Of a stretch of 63,366 bases of DNA, positions 1 to 9,326 are shown piece after piece; position 1 is the stretch's first letter, and each line of letters opens with the position of its first letter. The notes below the pieces were generated by a model. It worked only from the letters and a program-made list of their open reading frames with translations, was not told where the DNA came from and did not search any database. Both the position numbers and the translations under genes were made by a program. The stretch is from an uncultured Bacteroidales bacterium (GTDB lineage: Bacteria; Bacteroidota; Bacteroidia; Bacteroidales; JAIOZK01). Where the stretch lies: assembly GCA_964550205.1 (NCBI GenBank), contig CAZJYD010000008.1:1-63366 (forward strand), given 5' to 3'.

Positions 1-60
1 AACAGATTCCTCATTTCAACACTCCGCTTCGCTACGTGTTTCATTCGGAATGACCTGTTA
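1..60. repeat. GC-rich imperfect palindromic island (REP-like), possibly cut by the window edge
   Basis: Non-coding GC-rich patch in otherwise AT-rich DNA. Complementary arm pairs attcc/ggaat and aacac/gtgtt flank a tccgcttcgctac core. Confidence 0.3.
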
Positions 61-95
61 TTATCTGTTTGATTTAATTGAATCCTGAATTTTCT

Positions 96-103
96 TATTT
101 TTG
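96..103 (+). promoter_or_regulatory. candidate Bacteroidota -7 promoter box
   Basis: tatttttg fits TAnnTTTG, 40 nt upstream of the ATG at 143. Confidence 0.35.
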
Positions 104-142
104 CCTGGTTAATTGTAATATTAATAAATAAAACTAATAATC

Positions 143-1477
143 ATGAAAATACTAATTGTCGGAACAGGTTACGTAGGACTTGTTACCGGAACATGTTTTT
201 CGGAAGTGGGGATAGAGGTAACATGTGTTGATATTGATGAGAAAAAAATTGAAAACCTTAAAAAAGGTATTATTCCAATCTATGAACCGGGCCTTGAAGA
301 AATGGTTCACAGAAATATCAAAAAAGACAGATTGCATTTTTCAACTGATATTAGTTCTTCAATGGAAGGTGCAGAAATTGTTTTTAGTGCAGTCGGAACG
401 CCTCCTGATGAAGATGGCAGCGCTGACCTGCAATATGTTCTGGAAGTAGCACGGGAGGTTGGAAGAAAAATGAATGATTATATGTTAATGGTAACAAAAA
501 GCACTGTGCCTGTTGGAACAGCAAAGAAAGTAAAGTCAGCAATACAGGAAGAACTGGATAAAAGAAATGTTGATATTGAATTTGATGTTGCTTCAAATCC
601 TGAGTTTTTAAAAGAAGGTGCAGCGGTTAATGATTTTCTGAAACCTGACAGGATTGTTGTAGGACTTGAATCAGACCGGGCAAAGAAAATAATGGAAAGG
701 CTCTACAAGCCATTTGTTATGAACGGCCATCCTGTTATCTTTATGGATATTGTTTCGGCAGAAATGACAAAGTATGCGGCTAACTCAATGCTTGCCACAA
801 AAATTAGTTTCATGAATGACATTGCCAATTTGTGTGAGATTGTAGATGCAGATGTTAATATGGTAAGAAAGGGAATAGGTACGGACAGCCGAATTGGAAA
901 TAAGTTCATATATCCTGGCGCCGGTTACGGTGGCTCCTGCTTTCCAAAAGATGTGAAAGCACTCATCAGAACTGCTGATGAATATGGCTATCCTATGAGA
1001 GTATTGAAATCAGTTGAAGACGTTAATGAGTCACAGAAAAATTTAATGTATAAGAAGATTGCTAAATTTTTTGATAATAAGCTTAAAGGGAAAAAAGTTG
1101 CTTTGTGGGGATTGTCATTTAAACCACGCACAGATGATATGCGGGAAGCCCCCTCTATGGTTGTTATTGATAGTCTGGTAAAAGATGGTGCAGAGGTATA
1201 TGCCTATGATCCGGCAGCGATGGATGAAGCAAAAAGACGAATAGGAGATAAAGTAAAATACGTGTCGGATCAGTATGAAGCAATTATTGATGCTGATTGC
1301 CTCGTAATAATGACCGAATGGAATGAGTTCAGGTATCCTAATTTCAATGTGATAAAGAAGCTGATGAAAAATCCTGTGATCTTTGACGGTAGAAATGTTT
1401 ATGAAATTGATGAGATGAAAGAAAAAGGATTTGAGTATTTTGGTATCGGAATTAATACAAAAAAATTAGCCGTATAG
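143..1477 (+). CDS. ugd: UDP-glucose 6-dehydrogenase
   Basis: N-terminal Rossmann motif VGTGYVGLV, catalytic-Cys motif GGSCFPKD, typical 444-aa length. Confidence 0.93.
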   Translation: MKILIVGTGYVGLVTGTCFSEVGIEVTCVDIDEKKIENLKKGIIPIYEPGLEEMVHRNIKKDRLHFSTDISSSMEGAEIVFSAVGTPPDEDGSADLQYVLEVAREVGRKMNDYMLMVTKSTVPVGTAKKVKSAIQEELDKRNVDIEFDVASNPEFLKEGAAVNDFLKPDRIVVGLESDRAKKIMERLYKPFVMNGHPVIFMDIVSAEMTKYAANSMLATKISFMNDIANLCEIVDADVNMVRKGIGTDSRIGNKFIYPGAGYGGSCFPKDVKALIRTADEYGYPMRVLKSVEDVNESQKNLMYKKIAKFFDNKLKGKKVALWGLSFKPRTDDMREAPSMVVIDSLVKDGAEVYAYDPAAMDEAKRRIGDKVKYVSDQYEAIIDADCLVIMTEWNEFRYPNFNVIKKLMKNPVIFDGRNVYEIDEMKEKGFEYFGIGINTKKLAV

Positions 1478-1499
1478 TAATTTTTAAAAAAATCTCCTG

Positions 1500-2435
1500 A
1501 TGAAAAAAAAGATATTGGTAACAGGTGGTGCAGGTTTTTTAGGTTCCCACCTTTGCGATCATTTGCTTAATGAGGGTAATGAGGTTATTTGCCTCGATAA
1601 TTATTTTACAGGACAAAAGGAAAATGTAGTTCATCTGCTGGATAATCCCTATTTTGAATTGGTAAGGCATGACATTACCATGCCTTATTTTATTGAAGTG
1701 GATGAAATCTACAATCTGGCTTGTCCTGCATCACCTATTCATTATCAGTATAATCCTATTAAAACGGTTAAAACTTCTGTAATGGGAGCGGTTAATATGC
1801 TTGGACTTGCAAAGCGTATCAAAGCAAAAGTTCTACAAGCTTCAACCAGTGAGGTTTATGGCGATCCCGAAGTTCATCCTCAGGATGAGAAATATTGGGG
1901 ACATGTTAATCCTATAGGCGACAGATCTTGTTATGATGAAGGTAAACGTTGTGCTGAAACATTGTTTGTTGATTATTATAAACAAAATAATGTAAGAATT
2001 AAGATCGTAAGAATTTTTAATACTTATGGACCACGAATGCACCCCAATGACGGACGTGTAGTTTCAAACTTTATAGTCCAGGCATTGAAAGGTGAAGATA
2101 TAACAGTTTATGGCGATGGCAAGCAAACCCGTAGCTTCCAGTATGTAGATGACCTGATTAAGGGAATGGTAAAAATGATGGACACACCGGAAGATTTCAG
2201 GGGTCCTGTAAATATTGGTAATCCGGATGAATTTACTATCATTGAGCTTGCCGAAAAAGTAATAGAACTTACCGGTTCTAAATCGAAAATTATCTATAAA
2301 CCACTTCCTAAAGATGATCCTATGCAAAGACAACCGGATATATCAGTTGCTAAAAAACATCTATATTGGTATCCGGAGGTAAAACTTGAAGATGGTTTAA
2401 AAAAGACTATAGAATATTTTAAACAGATTGTTTAA
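1500..2435 (+). CDS. uxs: UDP-glucuronate decarboxylase (UDP-xylose synthase), extended SDR
   Basis: [14 protein letters not shown] motif, YDEGKR (YxxxK), and conserved STSEVYGDP and [10 protein letters not shown] blocks typical of UXS. Confidence 0.88.
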   Translation: MKKKILVTGGAGFLGSHLCDHLLNEGNEVICLDNYFTGQKENVVHLLDNPYFELVRHDITMPYFIEVDEIYNLACPASPIHYQYNPIKTVKTSVMGAVNMLGLAKRIKAKVLQASTSEVYGDPEVHPQDEKYWGHVNPIGDRSCYDEGKRCAETLFVDYYKQNNVRIKIVRIFNTYGPRMHPNDGRVVSNFIVQALKGEDITVYGDGKQTRSFQYVDDLIKGMVKMMDTPEDFRGPVNIGNPDEFTIIELAEKVIELTGSKSKIIYKPLPKDDPMQRQPDISVAKKHLYWYPEVKLEDGLKKTIEYFKQIV

Positions 2436-3304
2436 TGAAGCGAATATTAATTACAGGATGTAAAGGTCAACTGGGAAGAGAAATCCAGGAGTTATCTGTG
2501 GAATATAAGGATATGGATTTTGAATTTACCGATGTTGAAGAGCTTGATATAACTGATGAATCGGAGTTAAATAAATTTCTTGCAGCGGATAATTTTGATT
2601 ATATTATTAATGCTGCCGGATATACTGCAGTTGACAAAGCCGAAAAAGAAAAAGATAAAGCCGGGCTGATAAACTCTTATGCTGTGGAATTGTTGTCAAA
2701 AGCAACTGCAAAACACAATATTATATTAATACACATTTCTACTGATTTTGTTTTTGGGGGGGAGAAAAATACACCATACACAGAAAGCGACCAGCCCGCA
2801 CCACTGTCAGCCTATTCGGAATCCAAATATAACGGGGAAAAGAACTTTTTACAATTTGCCAAAAAAGGATTAATAATCAGGACTTCATGGCTTTATTCAT
2901 CGTATGGGCATAATTTTGTCAAAACCATCATGAAATATGGAAAGCAAAAGGATGAACTAAATGTTGTATTTGATCAGACGGGTACACCAACCTATGCCAA
3001 TGATCTGGCTAAAGCAATTCTGCATATTGTAAATTCGGAAAGGGAAATTACTACAACTGATATTTATCATTATTCCAATGAAGGCATTACCAGTTGGTAT
3101 GATTTTGCACATGCGGTTATTGAATTAGCCGCAATAAGTTGTAAAATTAATCCTGTTGAAACAAAAGATTATCCTTTACCGTCGAAACGGCCGCAATATA
3201 GCGTAATGAACAAAAATAAGATAAAGACTAAGTATAATTTATTAATTCCTTACTGGAGGGATAGTCTGAAAATTTGTATTGAAAGAATTAAATCTGAATG
3301 TTAA
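2435..3304 (+). CDS. rfbD: dTDP-4-dehydrorhamnose reductase
   Basis: ILITGCKGQLG N-terminus, STDFVFGG, YSESKYNGE (YxxxK), RTSWLYS block. Its ATG overlaps the uxs stop (TAATG). Confidence 0.85.
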   Translation: MKRILITGCKGQLGREIQELSVEYKDMDFEFTDVEELDITDESELNKFLAADNFDYIINAAGYTAVDKAEKEKDKAGLINSYAVELLSKATAKHNIILIHISTDFVFGGEKNTPYTESDQPAPLSAYSESKYNGEKNFLQFAKKGLIIRTSWLYSSYGHNFVKTIMKYGKQKDELNVVFDQTGTPTYANDLAKAILHIVNSEREITTTDIYHYSNEGITSWYDFAHAVIELAAISCKINPVETKDYPLPSKRPQYSVMNKNKIKTKYNLLIPYWRDSLKICIERIKSEC

Positions 3305-3315
3305 ATAATAATATC

Positions 3316-5058
3316 ATGAGCAATGCTAAGTTTGATAAAAGTATAATGGAAAAAGCCAAACGTTGGCTTGATGGTAATTACGATCAGGAAACAAAGAACA
3401 AGATCAGGGTAATGATAGAAAATGATCCCCAGGAACTTGTTGAATCTTTCTATAAGGATCTTGAATTTGGTACAGGGGGTTTAAGAGGTATTATGGGTGT
3501 AGGATCAAACCGAATGAATAAATACACGGTAGGTATGGCTACCCAGGGGCTTGTGAATTATTTAAAAAAGAAATTCCCTGATGTTGATAAGATCAAAGTT
3601 GCCGTTGCTCATGATTCGAGAAATAACAGCAGGTATTTTGCAAAGATAACAGCAGAAGTATTATCTGCCAATGATGTAAGGGTTTATTTATTTGATGATC
3701 TGCGCCCTGTTCCCGAACTTTCTTTTGCAGTGAGGTATTATAAATGCCAGAGCGGAATAGTTATTACTGCTTCTCACAATCCTAAAGAGTATAATGGTTA
3801 TAAAGTTTATTGGGATGATGGAGGACAATTGATTAATCCTCATGATGTTAATGTTATCGAAGAAGTAAAAAAAATAAGTGATGTTGGAGAAATCAGTTTT
3901 AAGGGTAAAAAGGAAAACATACGGGTTATAGGGGAGGAGATAGACAAAGCATATCTTAATAAGATCAAAGAGCAATCATTGTCACCAGACATTATTACAA
4001 AACATAAGGATCTGTTACTTGTATATACACCTCTTCATGGTACCGGTTATAAGCTGATTCCGGAAGCGCTTAAATTGTTCGGTTTTGAAAATATTCATTT
4101 GGTAGATGAACAAAGTGTTCCCGATGGAGATTTCCCGACTGTTTTTTCTCCAAATCCTGAAGAACCAAAAGCATTGGAAATGGCTTTAAAGAAAGCAGGA
4201 GAGGTTGATGCCGATTTGGTTATGGCAACTGATCCGGATGCCGACAGGGTAGGTATTGCTGTCAGAAATCCTGAAGGTAAGTATGTATTATTAAATGGAA
4301 ATCAGGCTGCCACACTTTTGCTTTATTATGTACTTGATCAATGGAAAAGAAAAGGGAAAATTACAGGCAAAGAGTATATAGTGAAAACTATAGTGACATC
4401 TGAATTATTAGCAGATATAGCAAATAAATATCATGTAAAATACTTTGATGTATTAACCGGATTTAAATACATAGCAGATAAGATAAAACAATACGAGGGC
4501 GAGCTACAGTATATTGCTGGCGGTGAAGAAAGCTACGGATATATGATAGGTGATTTTGTAAGGGACAAAGATGCTGTTAGTTCTTGCGCTATGCTGGCCG
4601 AAACGGCAGCCTGGGCCGCAGAAATGGGAAAAACACTTTATGAAGTGTTGATTGAGATATATATAGAATTTGCATTTTATAAAGAAAGATTATATTCTGT
4701 TGTGAGGAAAGGTAAAAAAGGTGAAGAAGAAATTCAGGAAATGATGAGAAGGTTTAGAAATAATCCGCCAAATAAAATAAATCAAAGCAAAGTAATAAGG
4801 ATAAAAGATTACCTGAAAAGAACAGATAAAAATTTATTAACAGGAGAAGAAGAAAGTATTGAATTACCAAAATCCAATGTTCTTCAGTTTTTTCTTGAGG
4901 ATGGAAGCAAGATAAGTATGAGACCATCGGGTACCGAACCTAAGATAAAATTTTATCTTGGAGTAAAAGGAGAAGTTAAGAGTATTGATGAATATGAAAA
5001 GGTGAATAATCAGCTTGAAAAGAAAATAGATAACATAATCAGTGATTTAGATTTATGA
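3316..5058 (+). CDS. phosphoglucomutase/phosphomannomutase family protein
   Basis: Phosphoserine loop TASHNPKEYNGYK, metal loop ATDPDADR, GGEESYG sugar-binding loop. Start moved to the ATG at 3316, after the rfbD stop. Confidence 0.88.
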   Translation: MSNAKFDKSIMEKAKRWLDGNYDQETKNKIRVMIENDPQELVESFYKDLEFGTGGLRGIMGVGSNRMNKYTVGMATQGLVNYLKKKFPDVDKIKVAVAHDSRNNSRYFAKITAEVLSANDVRVYLFDDLRPVPELSFAVRYYKCQSGIVITASHNPKEYNGYKVYWDDGGQLINPHDVNVIEEVKKISDVGEISFKGKKENIRVIGEEIDKAYLNKIKEQSLSPDIITKHKDLLLVYTPLHGTGYKLIPEALKLFGFENIHLVDEQSVPDGDFPTVFSPNPEEPKALEMALKKAGEVDADLVMATDPDADRVGIAVRNPEGKYVLLNGNQAATLLLYYVLDQWKRKGKITGKEYIVKTIVTSELLADIANKYHVKYFDVLTGFKYIADKIKQYEGELQYIAGGEESYGYMIGDFVRDKDAVSSCAMLAETAAWAAEMGKTLYEVLIEIYIEFAFYKERLYSVVRKGKKGEEEIQEMMRRFRNNPPNKINQSKVIRIKDYLKRTDKNLLTGEEESIELPKSNVLQFFLEDGSKISMRPSGTEPKIKFYLGVKGEVKSIDEYEKVNNQLEKKIDNIISDLDL

Positions 5059-5243
5059 TGATCAAAAAAAGTGCTTTGGTTTTAAAATAGTATCGCTTTA
5101 CTTGATTGAAAATAAATATTTCCTATTTTTGTATAGATAAAAATCAGTTTTGTTTTAATTTTGTAATGATGAAATGTTGATAATGGTTTACTGATATTTA
5201 CTCCTGTTTTTCTAGATAAGAGTAATTATTAAAAAATGAGTTA

Positions 5244-5489
5244 ATGAAAAAAGAAGTAATTGAAAATAAGATAAATAATGTGCTGATAGATGAGTTTGAA
5301 ATTGCTGAAGAGGATTTGGAACCTGATGCACGATTAATAAATGATCTTGGTATTGAGAGCCTGGATTTTGTTGATATTGCTGTTATTATTGAAAAGGATT
5401 TTGGTTTTAAGGTTGTTAAGGAGGAAATCACCAAAGTTAAAACCTTAAACGATTTATATGAATACATAGAAGACAGGGTAAAAAATTGA
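5244..5489 (+). CDS. acyl carrier protein (ACP 1 of 4)
   Basis: 81-aa acidic protein with the phosphopantetheine-site-like motif LGIESLDFVD. Confidence 0.8.
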   Translation: MKKEVIENKINNVLIDEFEIAEEDLEPDARLINDLGIESLDFVDIAVIIEKDFGFKVVKEEITKVKTLNDLYEYIEDRVKN

Positions 5490-5681
5490 TAGCGTATTTT
5501 TTAAACAGATAAAAAAGAAACTCACAAAAGCAGATTTTTTATATATATCAAAATTTTTCTGAAATATTGATAGTAAGTCAGAACATTTCCTTTTATAAGA
5601 GCGAACTACAGATAATACTATAGTCATATTTACAAATAGAATACCTCAAGTAAGTGATAATTAAGATTATTAACTTGTATG

Positions 5682-5689
5682 TATATTTG
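5682..5689 (+). promoter_or_regulatory. candidate -7 promoter box
   Basis: tatatttg fits TAnnTTTG, 39 nt upstream of the ATG at 5728. Confidence 0.35.
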
Positions 5690-5727
5690 TCTTTTGTTTT
5701 CACTTTTTATTCAAATACAGCAAAGCT

Positions 5728-6795
5728 ATGTCGGTTACATATGGTAAAGATGATAAGTCTGCGATTCAGGCAAAGTTTGATGCCCAGAAGATATCATTTG
5801 GTCCTGTAATGTTTCATGCCGCCAAACTGCTCAGGGATTTAGGCATATTAAAAACCATAATAAAAAACAGGAAAGGTATAACTTTAGATGAAATTGCCAA
5901 ACAGTTGAATCTTTCCAGGTATGGTGTAAAAATATTGCTTGAAGCAGGCTTGAGCCTTGAATTGGTATGTGTTAAAAACGATTTGTATTACATAACAAAG
6001 ACGGGCTACTTTATTCTTAATGATGATCTGACAAGGGTAAATATGGACTTTACCAATGATGTAAATTATCTTGGAATGTTTAAGCTCAAAGAAAGTATCA
6101 TAAATCATGAACCGGAGGGACTAAAGATTTTTGGTGATTGGAATACAATATATGAGGCCTTAACAGAGCTTCCTGATAAAGTTCAAGAAAGCTGGTATAA
6201 GTTTGACCATTATTATTCTGATTATGCATTCCCGGAAATATTGCCGGTTGTTTTTGAAGATAAACCCCGAAAAATACTTGATGTTGGAGGTAACACAGGT
6301 AAGTTCGCAATAAAATGCGCCGAATATGATGATAATGTTGAAATAACAATACTTGATCTTCCCGGGCAAATAAATGATGCATTGAAAAATATCAGGAAAA
6401 ACAATATGGAAAACAGAATCAATACTCATACAATTAATCTTCTTGATCATTCCAAACCTTTTCCTGAGGGAGCGGATGTGATTTGGATGAGCCAGTTTTT
6501 GGATTGTTTTTCTCAGGATGATATTTACGAATTGCTTCTAAGGTCTTACAAAGCTATGTCGGAGGATTCATCTCTGTTTATTTTAGAAACATACTGGGAT
6601 AAACAAAGATTTAAAGCTTCAACCTATTCATTACATGCTACTTCATTATACTTTGCCTGTATTGCAAATGGTTGCAGCCAGATGTACCATTCGGAAGATT
6701 TATTAAATCTTATAGATAAGGCAAATATGAAAGTTGTTAAAGAAATTAATGATGTGGGGGTTAGTCATACACTATTTAAGTGCAAAAAGAAATAA
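5728..6795 (+). CDS. small-molecule O-methyltransferase-type class I SAM methyltransferase (OMT 1)
   Basis: Winged-helix-like N-terminal region plus SAM motif I ILDVGGNTG, with later acidic and aromatic motifs. Confidence 0.78.
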   Translation: MSVTYGKDDKSAIQAKFDAQKISFGPVMFHAAKLLRDLGILKTIIKNRKGITLDEIAKQLNLSRYGVKILLEAGLSLELVCVKNDLYYITKTGYFILNDDLTRVNMDFTNDVNYLGMFKLKESIINHEPEGLKIFGDWNTIYEALTELPDKVQESWYKFDHYYSDYAFPEILPVVFEDKPRKILDVGGNTGKFAIKCAEYDDNVEITILDLPGQINDALKNIRKNNMENRINTHTINLLDHSKPFPEGADVIWMSQFLDCFSQDDIYELLLRSYKAMSEDSSLFILETYWDKQRFKASTYSLHATSLYFACIANGCSQMYHSEDLLNLIDKANMKVVKEINDVGVSHTLFKCKKK

Positions 6796-6797
6796 TT

Positions 6798-7235
6798 ATG
6801 AATCCAGTATTGATAAGCAGAGATCAGATAACGAAATTTATCCCGCACAGAAAGCCTATGATAATGGTAGATGAGTTAATAGATCATTCTGATAATTATG
6901 CAAAAACTTTCCTTACTGTAAGAGAGGAAAATATCTTTTGCGAGGATGGATTATTCAGGGAGCCAGGATTGATAGAAAATATAGCCCAGACAGTTGCATT
7001 AAAGACAGGATATGAAAGAATGAAACATACACAATCCGGCTCTTTACAAATCGGATATCTGGCATCTGTGAAAGAGTTAAAAATATACAATTTGCCGAAA
7101 TGCGGAGATAAAATTATTACCACAATAAATGTTAGGCACCGTGTAATTGATGCAATTGTTATAGAGTCTAAAACGGAATTAAATAATTCCGTTTTAGCAG
7201 AATCCTTAATGAATGTTGTAATTAAATCAAAATAA
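6798..7235 (+). CDS. hot-dog fold dehydratase-like protein (FabA/FabZ-like, APE type)
   Basis: IPHRKPMIMVDEL N-terminal block. The usual GHFP histidine position reads GLFREPG, so it may be a non-catalytic partner. Start moved to the ATG at 6798, after the OMT stop. Confidence 0.65.
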   Translation: MNPVLISRDQITKFIPHRKPMIMVDELIDHSDNYAKTFLTVREENIFCEDGLFREPGLIENIAQTVALKTGYERMKHTQSGSLQIGYLASVKELKIYNLPKCGDKIITTINVRHRVIDAIVIESKTELNNSVLAESLMNVVIKSK

Positions 7236-7243
7236 ACTATAAT

Positions 7244-7672
7244 TTGGAAAGAAATACAAATTTAATCAATAGTAAAGAGATACTTATCAGATTTAGTGAG
7301 GTTGATTCTATGGGTGTTGTATGGCACGGAAATTATGTTAAATACCTTGAAGATGGAAGGGAATCCTTTGGCGAACAATACAATCTGGGATACCTCGATG
7401 TTTTTGAACAGGGTCTTTTTACACCCCTGGTTAAACTCGATATAAACTATAAAAATACTGTTAAATATGGTGATAGAATTTGTGTAGAGACAAAATACAT
7501 GAATTCGGATGCGGCAAAAATAATATTCAAATATAGGATACACAAATGCGATGATAGCCTGGAAGTTCTTACCGCAAAGAGTATTCAGGTATTTATGGAC
7601 AGAAAAGGTGAACTTATTCTGACACCACCTGACTTTTTTATAGGGTGGAAGAAACAATGGAATATTTTATAA
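7244..7672 (+). CDS. 4HBT/YbgC-type acyl thioesterase
   Basis: IRFSEVDSMGVVWHGNY hot-dog thioesterase signature. A TTG start is the only start upstream of the domain. Confidence 0.72.
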   Translation: MERNTNLINSKEILIRFSEVDSMGVVWHGNYVKYLEDGRESFGEQYNLGYLDVFEQGLFTPLVKLDINYKNTVKYGDRICVETKYMNSDAAKIIFKYRIHKCDDSLEVLTAKSIQVFMDRKGELILTPPDFFIGWKKQWNIL

Positions 7673-7789
7673 ATATATTTTATTAGCGCAATTGCCAAAA
7701 ATAAACCTCTTAAATTTTTAAAAATTCTAAGCAAAGCTTAACATTATCAATGAAATGATAATCGGGAAATTTTCATTAAATAATTTAGT

Positions 7790-7797
7790 TAAATTTG
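7790..7797 (+). promoter_or_regulatory. candidate -7 promoter box
   Basis: taaatttg fits TAnnTTTG, 47 nt upstream of the ATG at 7844. Confidence 0.35.
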
Positions 7798-7843
7798 CAT
7801 CTTAATGTTTTTTATTGGTAAAAAGAGAATATATTAATTGATT

Positions 7844-8119
7844 ATGGAAAACTTAATTGAGAAGTTAAAAATACAGCTTATTGAGCAATTGAATCTTGAA
7901 GATATTGAACCTGATGATATTGATGCCTCAGAACCATTGTTTAATGAAGGTTTAGGGCTTGATTCAATAGATGCGTTGGAAATAATTGTGTTATTGGAAA
8001 AAGAATATGGAATAAAGCTCGAGGATCCCAAAAAAGGAAAGGATGTGTTTTACTCTGTAAAGACCCTTGCAGAATTCATTTCAAAAAATCAAAAAGTTAG
8101 CAGTAAGGAAAGTTCATAA
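7844..8119 (+). CDS. acyl carrier protein (ACP 2 of 4)
   Basis: LGLDSIDALE phosphopantetheine attachment motif. ATG at 7844 preferred over the TTG at 7838. Confidence 0.85.
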   Translation: MENLIEKLKIQLIEQLNLEDIEPDDIDASEPLFNEGLGLDSIDALEIIVLLEKEYGIKLEDPKKGKDVFYSVKTLAEFISKNQKVSSKESS

Positions 8120-8128
8120 TCTGTATTG

Positions 8129-9325
8129 ATGGATAGAACTATCTATATATCAGGTACAGGTATAATATCACCTGTTGGTAATAATACTGAGCAGTGTTTA
8201 ACATCCCTGAAAAATAAAAAAAGCGGTATTGAACCAATTTCTTTTCTATATACTGATTACAGGGGTAAAATGGTTGCAGGTGAGGTAAAACATACAAACA
8301 ATGAACTAATACAGATGCTCAACAAAAAATATAATGAGTATTATAAATATACAAGAACCACGCTTCTTGCAATGATTGCTGCTCAAGAGGCAGTTAGAAA
8401 TTCTGGAATTGATATAAATAAAGAGCAAAAAACAGGTTTTATTTCTGCCACAACAGTAGGGGGTATGGATAAAACTGAGAATGAATATTTCAAAAATGAT
8501 CAGCATGTTGATTTTATATTAACACATCCGAGTGGTGATTCTACCGAGAAGGTTGCTGAGTTTCTAAAAATTAAAGATTACAGAACAACAGTAAGCACTG
8601 CCTGTTCTTCTTCAGCAAATTCAATAATGCATGCTGCACGATTGATAAAAAATGGTTTTATTGACAGGGCAATAGCAGGTGGAACAGATGCATTATCTAA
8701 ATTTACTCTTAATGGATTTTTATCACTTATGATATTGGATAAGGAGCTATGCAAGCCTTTTGATGAGAACCGGCAGGGATTGAATTTAGGAGAAGGTGCT
8801 GCTTTTCTGGTTCTGGAATCGGAAGAATCGATGAAAAAAGGGAACAGGGAGCCGTTGTGTTGTTTAACCGGTTATTCAAATGCAAATGATGCCTATCACC
8901 AAACTGCCTCATCTCCTGAGGGCGAAGGCGCTTATCTTGCTATGAAAAAAGCATTGGAGATATCAGGTTGCAGCCCTTCTGATATAGATTATATCAACAG
9001 TCATGGCACCGGAACACTAAATAATGATCTCTCCGAGGGCGTTGCTATAAAAAAAATTTTTGAAGATAAGATTCCTAAATTCAGCTCAACAAAATCTTAT
9101 ACAGGTCATACCCTTGGTGCTGCTGCTGGGATAGAAGCAGTATTTTCTGTGTTGTCACTGGTTAATGGATATATTTTTCCTAATTTAAATTACAAGGAAA
9201 CTATTAAAGAGTTGGGTATTATTCCCGAAACCAAATTCACGAAAGGAAATAATATCAAGAATATTTTATCAAACTCCTTTGGATTTGGCGGAAATAATTC
9301 ATCATTGGTGTTCTCAAAAGTATAG
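8129..9325 (+). CDS. beta-ketoacyl-ACP synthase (KS, pair 1)
   Basis: Cys-His-His triad motifs STACSSSAN, SHGTGT and GHTLGAAAG, plus C-terminal NSFGFGGNN. Confidence 0.9.
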   Translation: MDRTIYISGTGIISPVGNNTEQCLTSLKNKKSGIEPISFLYTDYRGKMVAGEVKHTNNELIQMLNKKYNEYYKYTRTTLLAMIAAQEAVRNSGIDINKEQKTGFISATTVGGMDKTENEYFKNDQHVDFILTHPSGDSTEKVAEFLKIKDYRTTVSTACSSSANSIMHAARLIKNGFIDRAIAGGTDALSKFTLNGFLSLMILDKELCKPFDENRQGLNLGEGAAFLVLESEESMKKGNREPLCCLTGYSNANDAYHQTASSPEGEGAYLAMKKALEISGCSPSDIDYINSHGTGTLNNDLSEGVAIKKIFEDKIPKFSSTKSYTGHTLGAAAGIEAVFSVLSLVNGYIFPNLNYKETIKELGIIPETKFTKGNNIKNILSNSFGFGGNNSSLVFSKV

Positions 9326-9326
9326 T

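Noticed and set aside
7262-7657. 131-aa minus-strand ORF
   Set aside because: It is antisense to the 4HBT thioesterase, whose catalytic signature is clear. It is a shadow ORF.
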